From Hyphochytrium catenoides (lineage: Eukaryota > Protista > Hyphochytriomycota), in contig FLMG01003853.1 of NCBI GenBank assembly GCA_900088475.1, forward strand, positions 1-64,000: a DNA stretch of 64,000 nucleotides, given 5' to 3'. Below the pieces are notes generated by a model. The model worked only from the letters and a program-made list of their open reading frames with translations, searched no databases and was not told the origin of the DNA. Positions within the stretch are counted from its first letter, which is position 1; every line of letters begins with the position of its first letter. Shown one piece after another: positions 51,401-64,000 of the stretch. The position numbers and the translations under genes were made by a program.

Positions 51401-54400
51401 TCAGTGGCAGGATACACTAGACAGTAATAAAAGGGTGAGAAAACGTCAAGAAGGAGAGGTTCCACTATGAGAGTAATCGCATCATTTAGATAGATAACTG
51501 AGATGTACCTTTTCCTCTTGCAGCGCAGCAATTTTATCGTCATAGGACCTCAGCCGATCCATCCAATCCTAGCGGAGGAGGGAAAGTCAGTATCTCATCT
51601 CAATTGTGAGACTACTTCTAGCAGAGCCCTTTCACAATGGAAAGGGTAAAGTCGCCCCAGATACAGGGCATAGAACTGAACGCTGAAGACACGGTCGCCT
51701 CACCTCTTCTTTCTTGAGTAGTGTATTGATGCTGTCATCTTTCTCTTGTATGTTTGATAGAAGGAGGTGCTTCTCCTCCCTTTCTTTTCGTAATTCTTCC
51801 TCCAAGGACTCTAAGTTTCTGAAACATAGGGGATTTATCACATATGTGCCATAGACAAATCCGTGCATCAGAATTGGTTCTAAGCTCAGAGGTTAGCGGC
51901 GCCTCGTCGCTTCTTGGCTTCAAGTTACCTATTAGCCGCTTCCAGCCGTTCCTCTAGCTGGTCGCGCGCTGCTTCTGACACCTCTAGCTTCTTAGTCAGC
52001 CCTGTCTCGCTCTCCTCTAACTTGAGTGTAGTCAACCTCAGAGTTTCACATCGTTTCAAAGCTGAGCTAAGTTGGGCCTACAAATGTTCGAGCCCAGGTG
52101 AGTCAGCTGAAGGGCGATATGACTGGATGCGAGAACACTAAGTGTTTCGCAATCAGTGAGTACTGGCAGTGCTTGTGATGACAGCAAGAGTCACACTTAA
52201 GGTTGCGGAAACTGCAGCCAGCTTGAGGAGGCGCATTGAATAGCGATTTCACCGCATTGCGCCTAAGCAGAAAAATCACACAGAGTAAAGATAGCTCCAA
52301 GTAGCGACTAGTACATCGAAGTGGTTACTAATACTTTAGAGGAGTAGAGGAAGGTCTCCGTCTCAAGGCAGGGAGATGACAAATTAATGACCAATCCAGG
52401 CGAAGTATTCAAAAATGCAACTTCTTCAAATTGCAATCACCTCTAGTCTTTCAGCAGCTTGTCTGTGCACCCTTTCTCCATTCTGCAAATCAAGTAACTG
52501 ATCCTCTAGTTCTTTCTGCTGAATCTCCATCTTTGAACGCTCCTCTGCCCATGCTGATTGGTGCTGTCCAAGCAACTCCTCTGAGAGCTGAATTGCATCC
52601 AAAAAGTATTATGTGAGAATCCCGAAGGGAGAAAGAGGTAAACGCACGAGCAGAGGGCCGGCTCATGGACAGAGAAGTACAGGAAACACTATTGTTGCAA
52701 CTCTCGCCAAAGTGTTGCCGTCTTAGGCCCCCAGCAGTCCCACCAATAGTGTCAACATTGTCGTCTCCTATTGTTCTCAGTTGCAGCTAGGCTCAGTCCA
52801 TCAAGTATGCATCTGGGCACATCTTACCTTCAATTGCCTCTGTAGAATATCGTCCTTGGACAGGGGGCTGCCGTTTGTCGCCGTCATGGATTGGTCCCCA
52901 GTATCTGAGACCTAGACGATCGGGCGAGTCAGTCAGCCTGGACTTCCCAAGCTCACCCTTATATCACGTGCCCAACGTGACCGCTGTCTCATTCTTGGCA
53001 TGTCCCCTTGACATATGCTTTAACCGGGAATATAGCGGAGAATCACAACTAGTCTTCTCTCACCTCCTTAACCAGGTCTTGGAGTTTGAGTTGGTGTTGC
53101 AGGTCTAGTATCTGTGCACGCTGCTGTGTGTGTGCTTTTTCCATCTCTGCTGTGAATCTATTTCGCTCAGCGTGAGAAAAAACGAGTTAAGGTGCATGAA
53201 TGATGAGCGTCGAAGAACACCATGAGCCATACGAGAAAGAGAGAAGTGAGCGGAAAAGTGGTTGAAAGAGTCAGTTCTCGCTAAACGCTCCAGTATGGGG
53301 TTGGAGAACATCCGTCGCAAGGGAGAGCAACAATAGTACAATGTGGCGCAAGAGGGATGGAGCAAAAAGCACAGTTATCAGAACTAAGCAAGGGGTCAAG
53401 GTCTCTCAAGGCTCCCAATGCCCATGTCTAGACTGTAATAGAACCAAAGTAGAGCAGAGATCCACGAGAAGGGGATCTTGATAAAGTGTGAGGTGGATAT
53501 GAACAACGCTCGCTTGATATCCCTCAATGCTGCGTCCCTGCCTTCCTCTTTCTTCCGCCACAACTTCAATAGCTTCTTCCCGTCGACAACATTATCATTT
53601 CCTCTATCTGAGACGAGGACCCAAGAAAGAAGTTCAACAAACCATAAAAGCTTTTGGAATCTGAGAAAGATGTTGGTTCACCGTCATCAGCCTGTAAGAG
53701 AGTAGAAAGAAATGATGCCTTTGGTTCAAGAGCGAAGAGACCGACCTTCAACCTTCCCATCCTCTTGTTCTTCCTCCTTTCGATCCATTGCCTCCCTCTT
53801 CTCCTCCAATTCCGATCCTTCATCTAGCTGGACTGTCTTACGGATTCGTGGAACCTCTTCAATGCCCAACGTCTGCTTAGCGAAGTCTTCCAGGACTTCT
53901 AGGTCAAGGTGGACTGCAGCTCGTCGGGCGCTCTCTTCAAGCAACTGGGCACGAAGGATCTTGTTCTGCTCATGGAGGTTCACGGTTGATTCGTACAAGT
54001 CCTACGCAAGCAAAGAATAAGGTTATCAAAAGCCTGCTGCGGAGGTAAAGAAGAAAAGACAGAGATATGGAGACATAGAGGAGAGGGAGGCCAAGGGAAA
54101 GAGAGAGAGAAGCCAGGCAGAAAGAGACAGAGAACGAGAGAGAAACACAAAGGAATAGGAACATAGAGAGGAACCGGTAGGAGAAATTGAACAGAAGGGA
54201 TCACAGGCGTATAACGAGAGGAACAGAGAAACAAGGGATGACGAAATGGGAGACTGAGGAAGAAGCGCGGGTCGATGGGTTTGTGTAGATGGTAAAGTTA
54301 AGAGGGAGGAAGGTACGATGAGATGGACCATCGGGACTAACTCGCCTGGTAGGAGAGTTGATCAAGCCCGTCACTGCTGATCGGCCCATTCTCTGTTGCA

Positions 54401-54615
54401 TCTCTGCGTCCAGCGGTGGCTGTAGCCGAGCTTCCTGCCTGGGCCCCATCTGAAGCTGAGTGCTTCAAGAAACTGAGGCCCTTCAGCCCTTTACTGATGC
54501 CTCCGGAGAGGTCAACGGAGCTTGCCGCTGAAGAGACGGAGGAGGAGGCTACAGACGACACTTGAGAAGCAAGCTTCTTCGAGGCCGTAAGACCCTTCTC
54601 GAAGTAGTTGCTCAT
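48411..54615 (-). CDS. GRIP-domain golgin (long coiled coil, trans-Golgi tether); many exons
   Basis: Start MSNYFEKGLTASKKLASQV, many E/K/Q/L-rich coiled-coil exons, and a C-terminal GRIP signature RREGVNMEYLKNIVFQ|YMTLPEGS..KSLEPVLTTLLEFSPEE. Stop at 48411-48413. Confidence 0.85.
54040..54320. repeat. AG-rich low-complexity tract (polypyrimidine on the transcribed strand) in golgin intron 1
   Basis: agaaaagacagagatatggagacatagaggagagggagg...gagagagaga...gagacagagaacgagagagaaac. Confidence 0.7.
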
Positions 54616-55820
54616 CCTGCCCTATCCGCCTTGGTCGGCTCTATCCGCACACGCCCATGAAGATTACTCTTGCTGCCACTAGAGCACAAATCGTCCAAGA
54701 CATAACCTGCAAGAGACCATGTGTTGCTGCGCTTATTGCTGGAGATTATATGTGCTGAGAGAGGCTTCGCACTTCGTGAAGGTGTGACCTACGCCTCGTT
54801 GAAAGACGATGATGGAGCTTGATAGGAGCAAGCTCTCGGTCCCTTCAGCAGCGTCGCGCATCTCTTCAACTCTTGTCCGAAGTAGTCTTTCTGCTGCAGT
54901 TCTTGACCCCATAGAGTTCTACTACTCCACTGTGCTTCTGATGAATCTTTGAGCTACAGTACAATAACCTAGGTACAGTATTTTTATAGATGGATGTCTG
55001 TCTTGCATTGAAACTTGCTATTCATTGTCGCATGGCTTTTTCAGAGCTTCAAGTTCCACAACCAGGAGCGTCCTGTCCGTCAAGACCGCTCTTCTTCATG
55101 TTTCTTTTGGTGAGATGTGGCTCGCAGTTTGCTATGGTGATCACTAGGAAATAGTGCGTAGCAAGGAAGGAGGAGAGGACCTTCGCTCCCCTAATAGTGC
55201 TTAGTCTGGGAAGATGAAAGGGACGCCATCCGGTTGGGTCAACTCTATAAGGCGCCAAGCACCGCTGAGTGAAGTGAATAGGAGTGATGCGATGATATTG
55301 CAAGAGGGATATGAGATGGGAGGTCAACTTTGTCACGTCAAAGCGTAGAGGATGAGGAAGGTTGGGATGAGACGCGTGAACCAAGGGCAGACTAGATAAG
55401 AAGTGATTTTCTGAAGGGGAAGACGGCAATGCTTGAAGAGATGACAGTTCAAGAGACATGTGCCATCGGCTGGGAGTTAAAGCGCAAAAGGGAACTCTCT
55501 GATGGAGTTAGACGTGTTCCTGCGCATTGACTATCTGCAGCAAGACTGCGATGGGCAGAAGGTCCCGACAATGGAAGAAGGGCCATCTACCGGCTAGAAA
55601 ACTTGGCAGAAGCGCTAGGACCGCCTTATGTATGCCGGAGACGGTGAATAAATATACTAGGAGTTTGCACCTTGATAGTTAGTGGGTCCACTATCGTCAC
55701 AAACGAATAGATAAACGGGCCTTGGGACGAAGAAGTGGCCATCGCTGATGAATGACAGGATGCCTCTGAGCATAAGGAGCAACGTGCTATCGCTGCAAGG
55801 TGAAGAGGCGTCATATGGTA

Positions 55821-58800
55821 CTAGAAGCTCAACTTTCGTCGGTGCACGTGGTTGATAGGAGAGAAGCGAAGGCGACTCAATCCTTCTGCACCTCGAGGGG
55901 CTGCCTGATCCAATCTGGGAATCATGTCTAAGTTCTCTAAAGATTGTCGAGCCTTTGCTTGAGAGTGACTTGGAGACCCTCTCTTGGCCTTCAGTGTTGC
56001 AGCAGAGGGAGAAAAAGCAGCAACTGCTTGAGAGAATGAGAGATTTTTCACCAGACTAGCTAGACCTAGATGGATAGCTGTGACGACCACGTATATGAGG
56101 TAGATTTTTCTCGAGACCAGATTGAAAGACTGCGCCTTGCTCATGAATAGCAGTGAGAACTCCCCAAGCTGGAGAGAGAATTGAAAGAGAAAATGGGCCA
56201 CGTAAGACGTTGGGAGCAAGAATGCCACACGATGCACCTTGAATTGAAGGAGACAGACAACAGAGAATTTCTTCTAAATGCGTTGGAAGCCGCATGAAGA
56301 GTGCAAAGCCCAGCGATGTTTCAAGAAGGGATCAAGCCTTATAACTGCTTTACCTGGGATAGAGTCACGGCTCCCTGCATCGCATCCTGTGAAGATGAAT
56401 GGAAGAACCTAAGGACGCCATAAGACACTAGCACCTTTATTACCCAGAGCTGGACTGCTAAGACTGATATCTGCAACAGATGTGTCCAGACAAAGTACTG
56501 GAGGAACAGAGCAATGATGTCAGTCAACTTGCCTGCCACAAGGCCCACCCTAGCATCGTGTAAGCTCCATCATAAGAAGCAATGAAGCACCGGTTAAGAA
56601 GCGCGAAGAGGAAGCCAGAAAGCAACAGCTTCAATCGGTGGGCTTGACGACAGTTAAGGCCCCAAAATTATGGAGGGGAAAGAGGCAGGTTTATAAGAGA
56701 TTAGGCAAGAGCATCTCAAAGTAACACGCCCCCGAAGAAGGCAGCAGCGCTAATGAGTTTCTACAATTCAGGGTTCCATTACCGGGCTGAGGATCATACC
56801 AATCGATGCAAAGTACATCGAGCCAAAGAGATGGTCCAGCGGGCCAACAAGCTCCGCCATGATTCTGCAATAGCGTGGCCGCATGAAGGCCAGCCCAGCG
56901 AAGAACGCGCCTGCCTCCAAGGAAAGCCCGAGCAGCTACCCAGCAAGTATGATAAAAAAAAACCATCAAATTCAGTAAAGGAGGGCACGCCAGCAGAAAG
57001 TATAGCTCATCTAATACACTGAGCGGCCCTCGCGCTTAAACTTCTCCCAACTTCTACTGTTACTTTCCCCTTGTTTTCCTTTACTGGCTTGACATCCCTC
57101 CTGATCCAGCCCACATTGAGTCCGTACCTCTGTCAGCAGAGCCACGCTGAGGCAAGTGCTAATCATCCCTAATAGGACAACAGATTTTTCACTACTCTCG
57201 TCTCCGTCATCATCTTCATTTTCCTTCGGAGCTTCTCCAGATACCAGCTCAAACATTCGTGGTATGATATAGTGGGTAAGGGTCCATAACACACTAAACA
57301 CTGACAGATACGACAGGATAGCCTGCGTTCAGGACTTATTAGTCAATTGTGATAGGACAGAGAGCCCACAGTAATGCTTCTCAGACGCAGAGTGGTACAA
57401 CGAAGTCAAGTGTAGGTCCAACCAGGTAGGAGCTTCATTTTATAGGTGACAGCTAAAAGAGATAAATACGTCCTGCCATAAAGGAGATCTGAGAGAGAGA
57501 GAGTAGGGCAAGTAAAGTGGCCGGGTCTCGAGCATAGTAGTAAACTAAGTACCTTCAGTGACTGCAGCCAGAAGAGAGAAGCAGACTCAGCAGCAAGAAT
57601 GGCTGGGGCTGCCATAATAAGCCCCATTGTCAGGTCCTGCACAGCTACTATATGCCGGAGAAGGGCCAAGAAGGGCGATGGAGAGACGTGGCGCTCTTGG
57701 AGGAACTCTAAGTGTTAAAGGTGAGAAAGAAGACGAAGCATTGAACAAAGTATTTAGCCACCTGCACTTAGCTCAAGAACTCGTTTTGAGGAAGCGAAGC
57801 AGGAAAAGAGATAAAGAGATAGTAAGACACATCAGCCATTGCCCGCCTGTTGTGTACAAATGCGATAACCCAAAAGAATTGGAAACCCAGGAATCGCCTG
57901 TCTTACCGATGGCTAACCTTGTGGAGGACAGAGCGGAGGAGACACCCAATAAATAGCCTTCAAGAAGTGAACCGACTAGCCCGCAAAGAAAGAAGGAGAA
58001 GGTCGTCAGGATCATGGTTCCTAGAACTGTTCCTCCTCCCCCTATGAGGTATTGAGGTTCCACCTCTAGGCGGCTTTTCACCGTGAATGTGGAGCCATGG
58101 GCTAGGGTAGGAGGGGAGAGAGAATCAGCATGTGATGATAGAGAACTCAAACGAGTTTACGGAAAGACAGGATGAACTCACCAAAGAGGACAAAGAGACT
58201 CCCAAAAAGAGAGACTGTTTCCACCTATGAGGACGGAAGAACATAGAAACGCGGTTTAACCAGTGCCCTCCCTCGACTTGAACACCAAAACGGTGGAATG
58301 GCCAGGACCTTGATGCTAGTCCCCTCCACTTTCTCCGCCTCACACCATTCTTTTCCTCTCTAGGTCATCACAGCCCAGATCAGTTCCACATGCCTCCCCA
58401 CTATTATTGTAAATATATGCTATTGGCCGAGGACGATAGGGTTGCTTGTGCTCGATGGGATCTTTCTCAACTTCTTCACTCTCACCCTACCCTATCACCT
58501 TTCGTCCCTTTGTGCACATCCTTCGGTGGCTCCCGGATATGGAAGGTCCTTACCTTCTGGAACTGCTTGACGATAAAAAGGCCAGAAGGTCCAACAATAG
58601 ATCCCGCCACAATGTACCCAAATGCAGGCGGCAGACGGCAATAAGAAGACAACAGACCTCCAAAAGCAGCAGCAACGATGAGAACAGCAATCTCCCATAG
58701 GAGTGGGAGGTCGTGGTGTAGGACCTACATGAAGGCAATGGAAGAGATTACAAGTCAAAGAAGCGAAGTCCAACATAGGTTACGCGAGAGCTAACCATTT

Positions 58801-59976
58801 TAAAGCGCAAACTGAGGACTGCTGAGGTTCCAGAACCAGAGGTTTGCGCTCGGGAAGTGACAGATGAAGCCACAAACTGAATAAAAGGTACTCACAGCAG
58901 GGTCAGCTTCTTGTCTTATTTCCTGTAGCTTCTCGAGCTCCTCTGCTGGAAGGTCGGCTCCATCCTGGCAAGAACAAAGAGGTCGACATCGTGAGCATGC
59001 GCCTTGGAACAGCAAAAGCGTAAGACTAATCCGCTGGGAAAGGGAAGCTCCAGCGTTCTCACTCCTCCAGGGTATGCTTTCACCGTGCTAGACCATCCTC
59101 TAAGCCTGACATACCAAGATGTCTCCAGTCTCAAAGTCTAGAACTCCTTGTAGTCCTTCCTTTCTAAGTTGTTGAACATGTTCTTCAATATGATGTTTCT
59201 TTAAGTGCTCCTCCAACGATGAGATCAGCTCTTGGCGCACACTCTCTTCCTCCTCTACGTTTTCCAGGCCTTGAATGCTATCAGTTATATTCAGGACAAC
59301 TTGGGACAAACTCTCTCTCATCTGTTGGAGATATGCCGCAATTTTCTCGACCTGATCGTTGCTTTTTTCTATGGCAAGCTGAGTGAGAGGGGCGAAAGTA
59401 TGGAAGGTAGAAGATCTCCTACTTTTTGTTCGCGTGCCTTTGCCTTTAGCCTTCGTTCCCTTCTCACCGACCGGAGGTTCAGAAGCCTCAATGTTCTGCA
59501 GTCTGGCCAATTGTAACTCCAGCTAAGGGCCAAGAGGAAGAGATCATCAGAGAAGGTACACTTTTGAAGGGCGAACCAGGACAGACAGAGAACTTGCGTC
59601 ACTAAATGCGTCCGCATGTGTGTAGTCCTAGGTACTGCCCACATGAAACGAGATCTAACATCGAGTAAGGTCATGGTAATTCCTGTAGCGCATCATACGC
59701 CACGGTCTGTTCACTTCTTACATTCTTTTTGATGTCGTTCAAGCGTTCCTGGACCTCGTCCACCTCGGGCGGTCTCGGTCCATTGGAGGTTGGGGTGCCG
59801 TCATGATCCGCTATCGCAGACGTTACCTCGGCCTCTCTTTGCTCGACTCCTTCCGAGCCGCTAGGGATAAGAGCTACATCCTCCTGATGTGGCACGTGGG
59901 ATATGCCGGCATTGACAACGCATCCGACAAAAATAAAAAGCACGAGGGAGAAAAGGCTATGCCTTGAGGAGGCCAT
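55821..59976 (-). CDS. CPA2-family K+/H+ antiporter, KEA4-6/TMCO3-like; multi-exon, 3' end approximate
   Basis: Signal peptide MASSRHSLFSLVLFIFVGCVVNA, a lumenal coiled region, then TM motifs EIAVLIVAAAFGGLLSSYCRLPPAFGYIVAGSIVGPSGL, VETVSLFGSLFVLF, LGVSSALSST, IVAVQDLTMGL, LGLSLEAGAFFAGL, PLDHLFGSMYFASIGM, LQLGEFSLLF. Confidence 0.85.
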
Positions 59977-60357
59977 GGGCCTCAAAGATGTTCTCTTGTT
60001 CCTCTGTTGACGACAACCTTGAACAGCACTAATTCGACGTGAGCACGGTGCACGTGCAGCAGGGACAGTCTTGCCGAAGGGCAAACGCTGAGCGCATAAT
60101 GGCTGATGAACAAGAACGGATGGTGAACAACCCAGGGAAGAACCGAGGTTCCGGACCAAGATAAGTCGAGCTATGTCCCTGCAACTTGCTACTGGCCTAT
60201 CGGTCTTGTCGTCCACTAGCCTGGAGATCCAGAGATGGATCTATTGAGATAAAAAGAGAGCTTTATTGAGAGCTTCATCCACTTCCTCTCCAGATGCTGT
60301 CAACGTGCTGCCGCTTCACCTTCCTACGGAGGTAAATTCACAATCCATTGGTCCAAA

Positions 60358-60381
60358 NNNNNNNNNNNNNNNNNNNNNNNN
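60358..60381. other. Assembly gap (24 N)
   Basis: Run of N. Confidence 0.98.
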
Positions 60382-60576
60382 AACAGAACAGTTTCTTCTG
60401 CTTCCCTTCCCCTAATAATAACAGCGACCTCAAGGATGACGAGCCAGAGACAGATGGGCCCAAGAAAGAGTAGAGAAAAGCCTGTCATATGTATGGAAGA
60501 GAAGCCACCTAAAAGAAGCAAGCACGTGAACGAGAGACGGCAGCCGTAGCACAGAGAAAGGAAAGAAGGAGGCACG

Positions 60577-63500
60577 ATGATGGCGGAGAACGGGTGGAAA
60601 GCATTGAGATCAAAGATCACACGCTGGACTGAGCTGCATCGAGGCCACAAGAGCTCCGGAGGACTGCAGCCGGCCACTCCTTTACAAAGACGTATGAGCA
60701 GCGCTTTATCATTATCCTGCCAGCCCCTTGGCTTTGCTTCGACTGCTAGTACTGACACCAAATGAAAGAGCTACCATGCTCTCTCAATGTGCAGCATACT
60801 TCCGCACTAACAAGAGCACCTCCGAGAGGCAAGGTACTGCTGAATAGACCAGAGTTTACAAGCTTGGAAAGGTCTTACTGAAGATCAATCCCATATGCGC
60901 ACAGCCCCATGCGTCGTTAGCAATTCTCTGTTCCGAGAGTGTGCGGCCTTCATGATCTAGTTATATAGCTATTCCTTCAGAGAAGTTACGATGTCAACCT
61001 GCAACAGACTCATCGACTACTTTGTAGTAGTAGGATTGCCAGAGACTGATGAAAGTAAGTGATCGCGGAATTCTTTACTGACTCTGCTTTAGAGCTGTCA
61101 GCGGCTTCCTGCATAGTACTGATCTTCATTGCTTGGCTGTGCTCACTTGTGCCTGGTCTGTAGGTTGCTCAGAATCAAATCTCTCCAGGCCGGTTGCGGT
61201 GGTCACAGATCGGTTCCCGTTGAATGACCATCCTGACTTCGCTCTCCCACTTGCAGTCCCACTGGTAAGTACGCTTCTCTTAATCGGACGCTATACCGTC
61301 GTTGTGATTAAGAGAGCCTGACGGGCAATAGTCAGACAAACATTCGCTATCCCTGGTTCTGCTGTGATATCTCTTCCTAGTTTTGACCGTGAAGTCGCCA
61401 GCTCTAATTCTAGCCTAGTTCTCCGAGGCATGTGGTATTCTCTTTTCACTGCCACCGACTGCCTTCTGCCATTTCGTCTCATGGCTTTGGCTCAGAGCTT
61501 CATCCCATAATCACTTTGCTCTGTGACTACATCTCACGTTATCTAATCTCTGCTGAACTCGTTGTCTGTTTCATTCTCAACACCGCTTCGATAGTTCTGT
61601 CTACCAGAGGGGGTGGAAGTGCCGGAAGGTACGGAAGTCGTCCCTTCGTTTTTTTCTTTCTCTCTCACAAGCGGTGACGGGACACGTGCCTATGGGTCCG
61701 CCCTTAGATTCTATGAAGAATATTATGAAGGTAAGGAAAGCTAACATCAATTATGGGCATGGGAGAAGCATAATTTGCTCTTTATAACTTGGTGGTGTCG
61801 TTTCGACCTCTTCCATTATAACTGACCTTTTCAGAGCATCTCTTACTTACCGTTACTCTCGTTAATCTATCTTGCTAGTCCTAAAGCTTGTCCTGGGTGT
61901 TGCTGAGTCTTACCTTACATTTGATGTGGGGGTACTCTTAAGGAGTTTCCCTGCTGAATTTAACCTCTCTGGGTTGTCCCAGATGGTGCCCCAGATTCGA
62001 GTTCCACATGGTCCAACAGCGAGCCACCGAAGAAGCTTCTGGTGCCGAAAGTGCTTTGCCTGTTGTCGCACTTCCCTTTCTTCACTTTGCACAAGGCTTT
62101 TCTCAGGTTGACCGTTTCCTTACCTTTAAATTCTCCATACTCAGGTTCCGCCTTGTTCCGGGGACGGAATTGGAGGTCTAATCAGACTAATGTGACACTC
62201 GACGCTGCTTCCTATCTTGTTATCAGCGGTCATTTCCTCAATAGCTTTCTCCACCGCTCTCTTCATCACGTCAAAAGTGTTCCGCCTCGTAGGCGTAGAG
62301 TTTATATGGTCCTCTCTACAGCTGACAGCCAAGCGTCGTTCCTTAATTATCTTCTTCTCGCAACGCTGGCCATATCCCTTTACTGGGGTCACCCGGTGGC
62401 TCTCTATTGAATTCTTATTTACGTTGCCTTTACTCTCCCCAGAGAGCTCTTTGAGTACACTGTTGGCACAAAACCTCTGGCAACGTCCAACCTGCATCTG
62501 CGACAAGACCTTGCGTCTCAGATTAGGCGGCTTTCCCTGGTCCAGAAGTGGGCTGTGAAAGAGAGGTAAGCTTCTATATCTTGAACAAATCGTGCCTCTC
62601 CTCATCAGAGTCTCTCAGATGTTGCTTTCTCGATGGCTATTATACCCGCAAGACTCTAACTCAACCTGCATTCAGCCACAGGCTACCAAGTGGGTGTGCG
62701 GTGGAGAGGGAGCAGCTGCTGGCAAAGTACTCGCGTGCTCTCTCACCTGATTTTGACCAGCAACCACGGAGATATACGGATGACCACGTAAGAAAGAAGA
62801 AAATTCCTCGAAGTAGTTAAATTAGGAGTGGACTAGTGCCTTACCGTTCACTTTTCGGATTTAAAGACGAGAGATAGAGGCCCTGCTTATCTTGCGAAGG
62901 TGCCTTTGGAAGTCTACTTGGAGCAATTTGTCCGTAGGATCTCCCTTCCCCCTCCAGGTTACTCTTTGGAGCTTGATATTTTTGGTCAGCGAAAAGTGAC
63001 AGTGCAGCGAAGCAACAGAGCAGGGCTACCCCAGTTGGATGATGAGTGCTTCAGGTCATAAACGTTACCTTACTGTGGCCGCCGGCTCAAGTAGTGGCCG
63101 TTCACTTTCTCTGCATGTTCGGTTCTCTCAGATCTTTTACACTTTCGAGGGAGAGAAGACTTTCTTGGTGTTTTGTATCCATAGCAACTTTTCCAATGGG
63201 ATGCATTGTTAGGAATCATGGTTGTGGTTGCGAGCAGTCATCAAGGGGAGCCCCGTCATCTCTCACAATAGATACCTCCTTAGTTTCCCTTGCCTGCCTT
63301 TGACCTCAATCTTGCACTAACGTCACTGCCCTTCACGCAAATCTCTATAGGGTACTCTTCCAATGTCTATCTATTCCGCACATCGTGGAGATCTTTCACT
63401 GTCTTCTCTTAGAGCAGCGCATTTTAGTTCATTCCATGCAGCTGAGTGCGCTGACGGCGGCGTGTGAGGCTCTAACAGCCCTTATGTTCCCTTTCTGCTG

Positions 63501-64000
63501 GCAACATGTCTACATCCCTCTCTTACCACTTCAACTGATTGAATATCTGCAGGTAAGGTTGTACTTTGTTAGATTGTAGGAACCCTGACCCTATCCTCTT
63601 CACTTGATCTCGCATATCGTACATTGACCATCGAATCTTCCATTGGCGTCGGGTCAACTCAGGCTCCTATGCCCTTTGTCATGGGCATCCATACGAGCTG
63701 TCTCTCGACGCGAGAGGGCACTGAATGCTTTTCGTCATGTGTAATCGTGCATCTGGATATGGATAAGGTGCGTTCTCCTACGTTCGTTCGGACTTCTAAC
63801 CTGATCTTCGTCCGGTGCTTTCGCTATTGTAACCTGAGTCGGTGTGTCAGGAGCAATCAAAGCTTGCACGCTTTCATTTCGTCCTCATTTGTCGAGTACC
63901 CTGCCCCGAAATATAACGTCTCTCATTGTAGGTGGTACGACCGATGGATCTAACACTTGGAGTGAACCTAGAGGTAGATTCTCTGCCCGACATCCCTGAG
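60577..64000 (+). CDS. DENN-domain protein (Rab GEF family), 3'-partial; start uncertain
   Basis: uDENN-like DRFPLNDHPDFALPLAVPL; cDENN PKVLCLLSHFPFF, IPLPPPG, LFQCLSIPHIVEIFHCLLLEQRILVHS..LTAACEALTALMFPFCWQHVYIPLLP..EYLQ|APMPFVMGIH..VIVHLD. Confidence 0.9.

Noticed and set aside
53970-54331. Hydrophobic Leu/Ser/Phe-rich ORFs resembling membrane proteins
   Set aside because: They are translations of the CT-rich golgin intron.
55049-55459. 136-aa minus-strand ORF between the antiporter and golgin genes
   Set aside because: No recognisable motif; likely UTR or intergenic sequence.
62141-62605. 154-aa antisense ORF within the DENN gene
   Set aside because: It overlaps a DENN intron and the following exon (RELFEYTVG...) and shows no domain signal.

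Overview
Eukaryotic nuclear DNA with short GT-AG introns and three small N gaps. It is probably a stramenopile, an inference from an enolase with a mitochondrial-type presequence. About 47% of the window (<1..30297, minus strand) is one giant secreted-protein gene that runs off the left edge. Four small spliced exons encode a signal peptide, two Cys-rich PSI domains and a linker. A single apparently intronless exon of at least 29.4 kb follows, encoding about 9,800 aa of degenerate ~15-aa Gly/Ser beta-strand repeats arranged in 6- and 9-strand modules. One MYRF/phage-tailspike-type intramolecular chaperone (Peptidase S74/ICA) domain sits inside the repeats, with its catalytic Lys replaced by Leu. 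The predicted product is at least ~10,000 aa and looks like a eukaryotic tail-fibre-like trimeric beta-helical filament. The ORF track cuts it at 6669 aa only because an N gap of non-triplet length shifts the frame. The rest of the window is ordinary housekeeping genes: enolase, a TopBP1/Rad4-like BRCT protein, COQ6, purple acid phosphatase, a CCDC174-like protein, a GRIP-domain golgin, a KEA4-6/TMCO3-like CPA2 antiporter and a partial DENN-domain protein. All family assignments are by motif recognition, not by database search.
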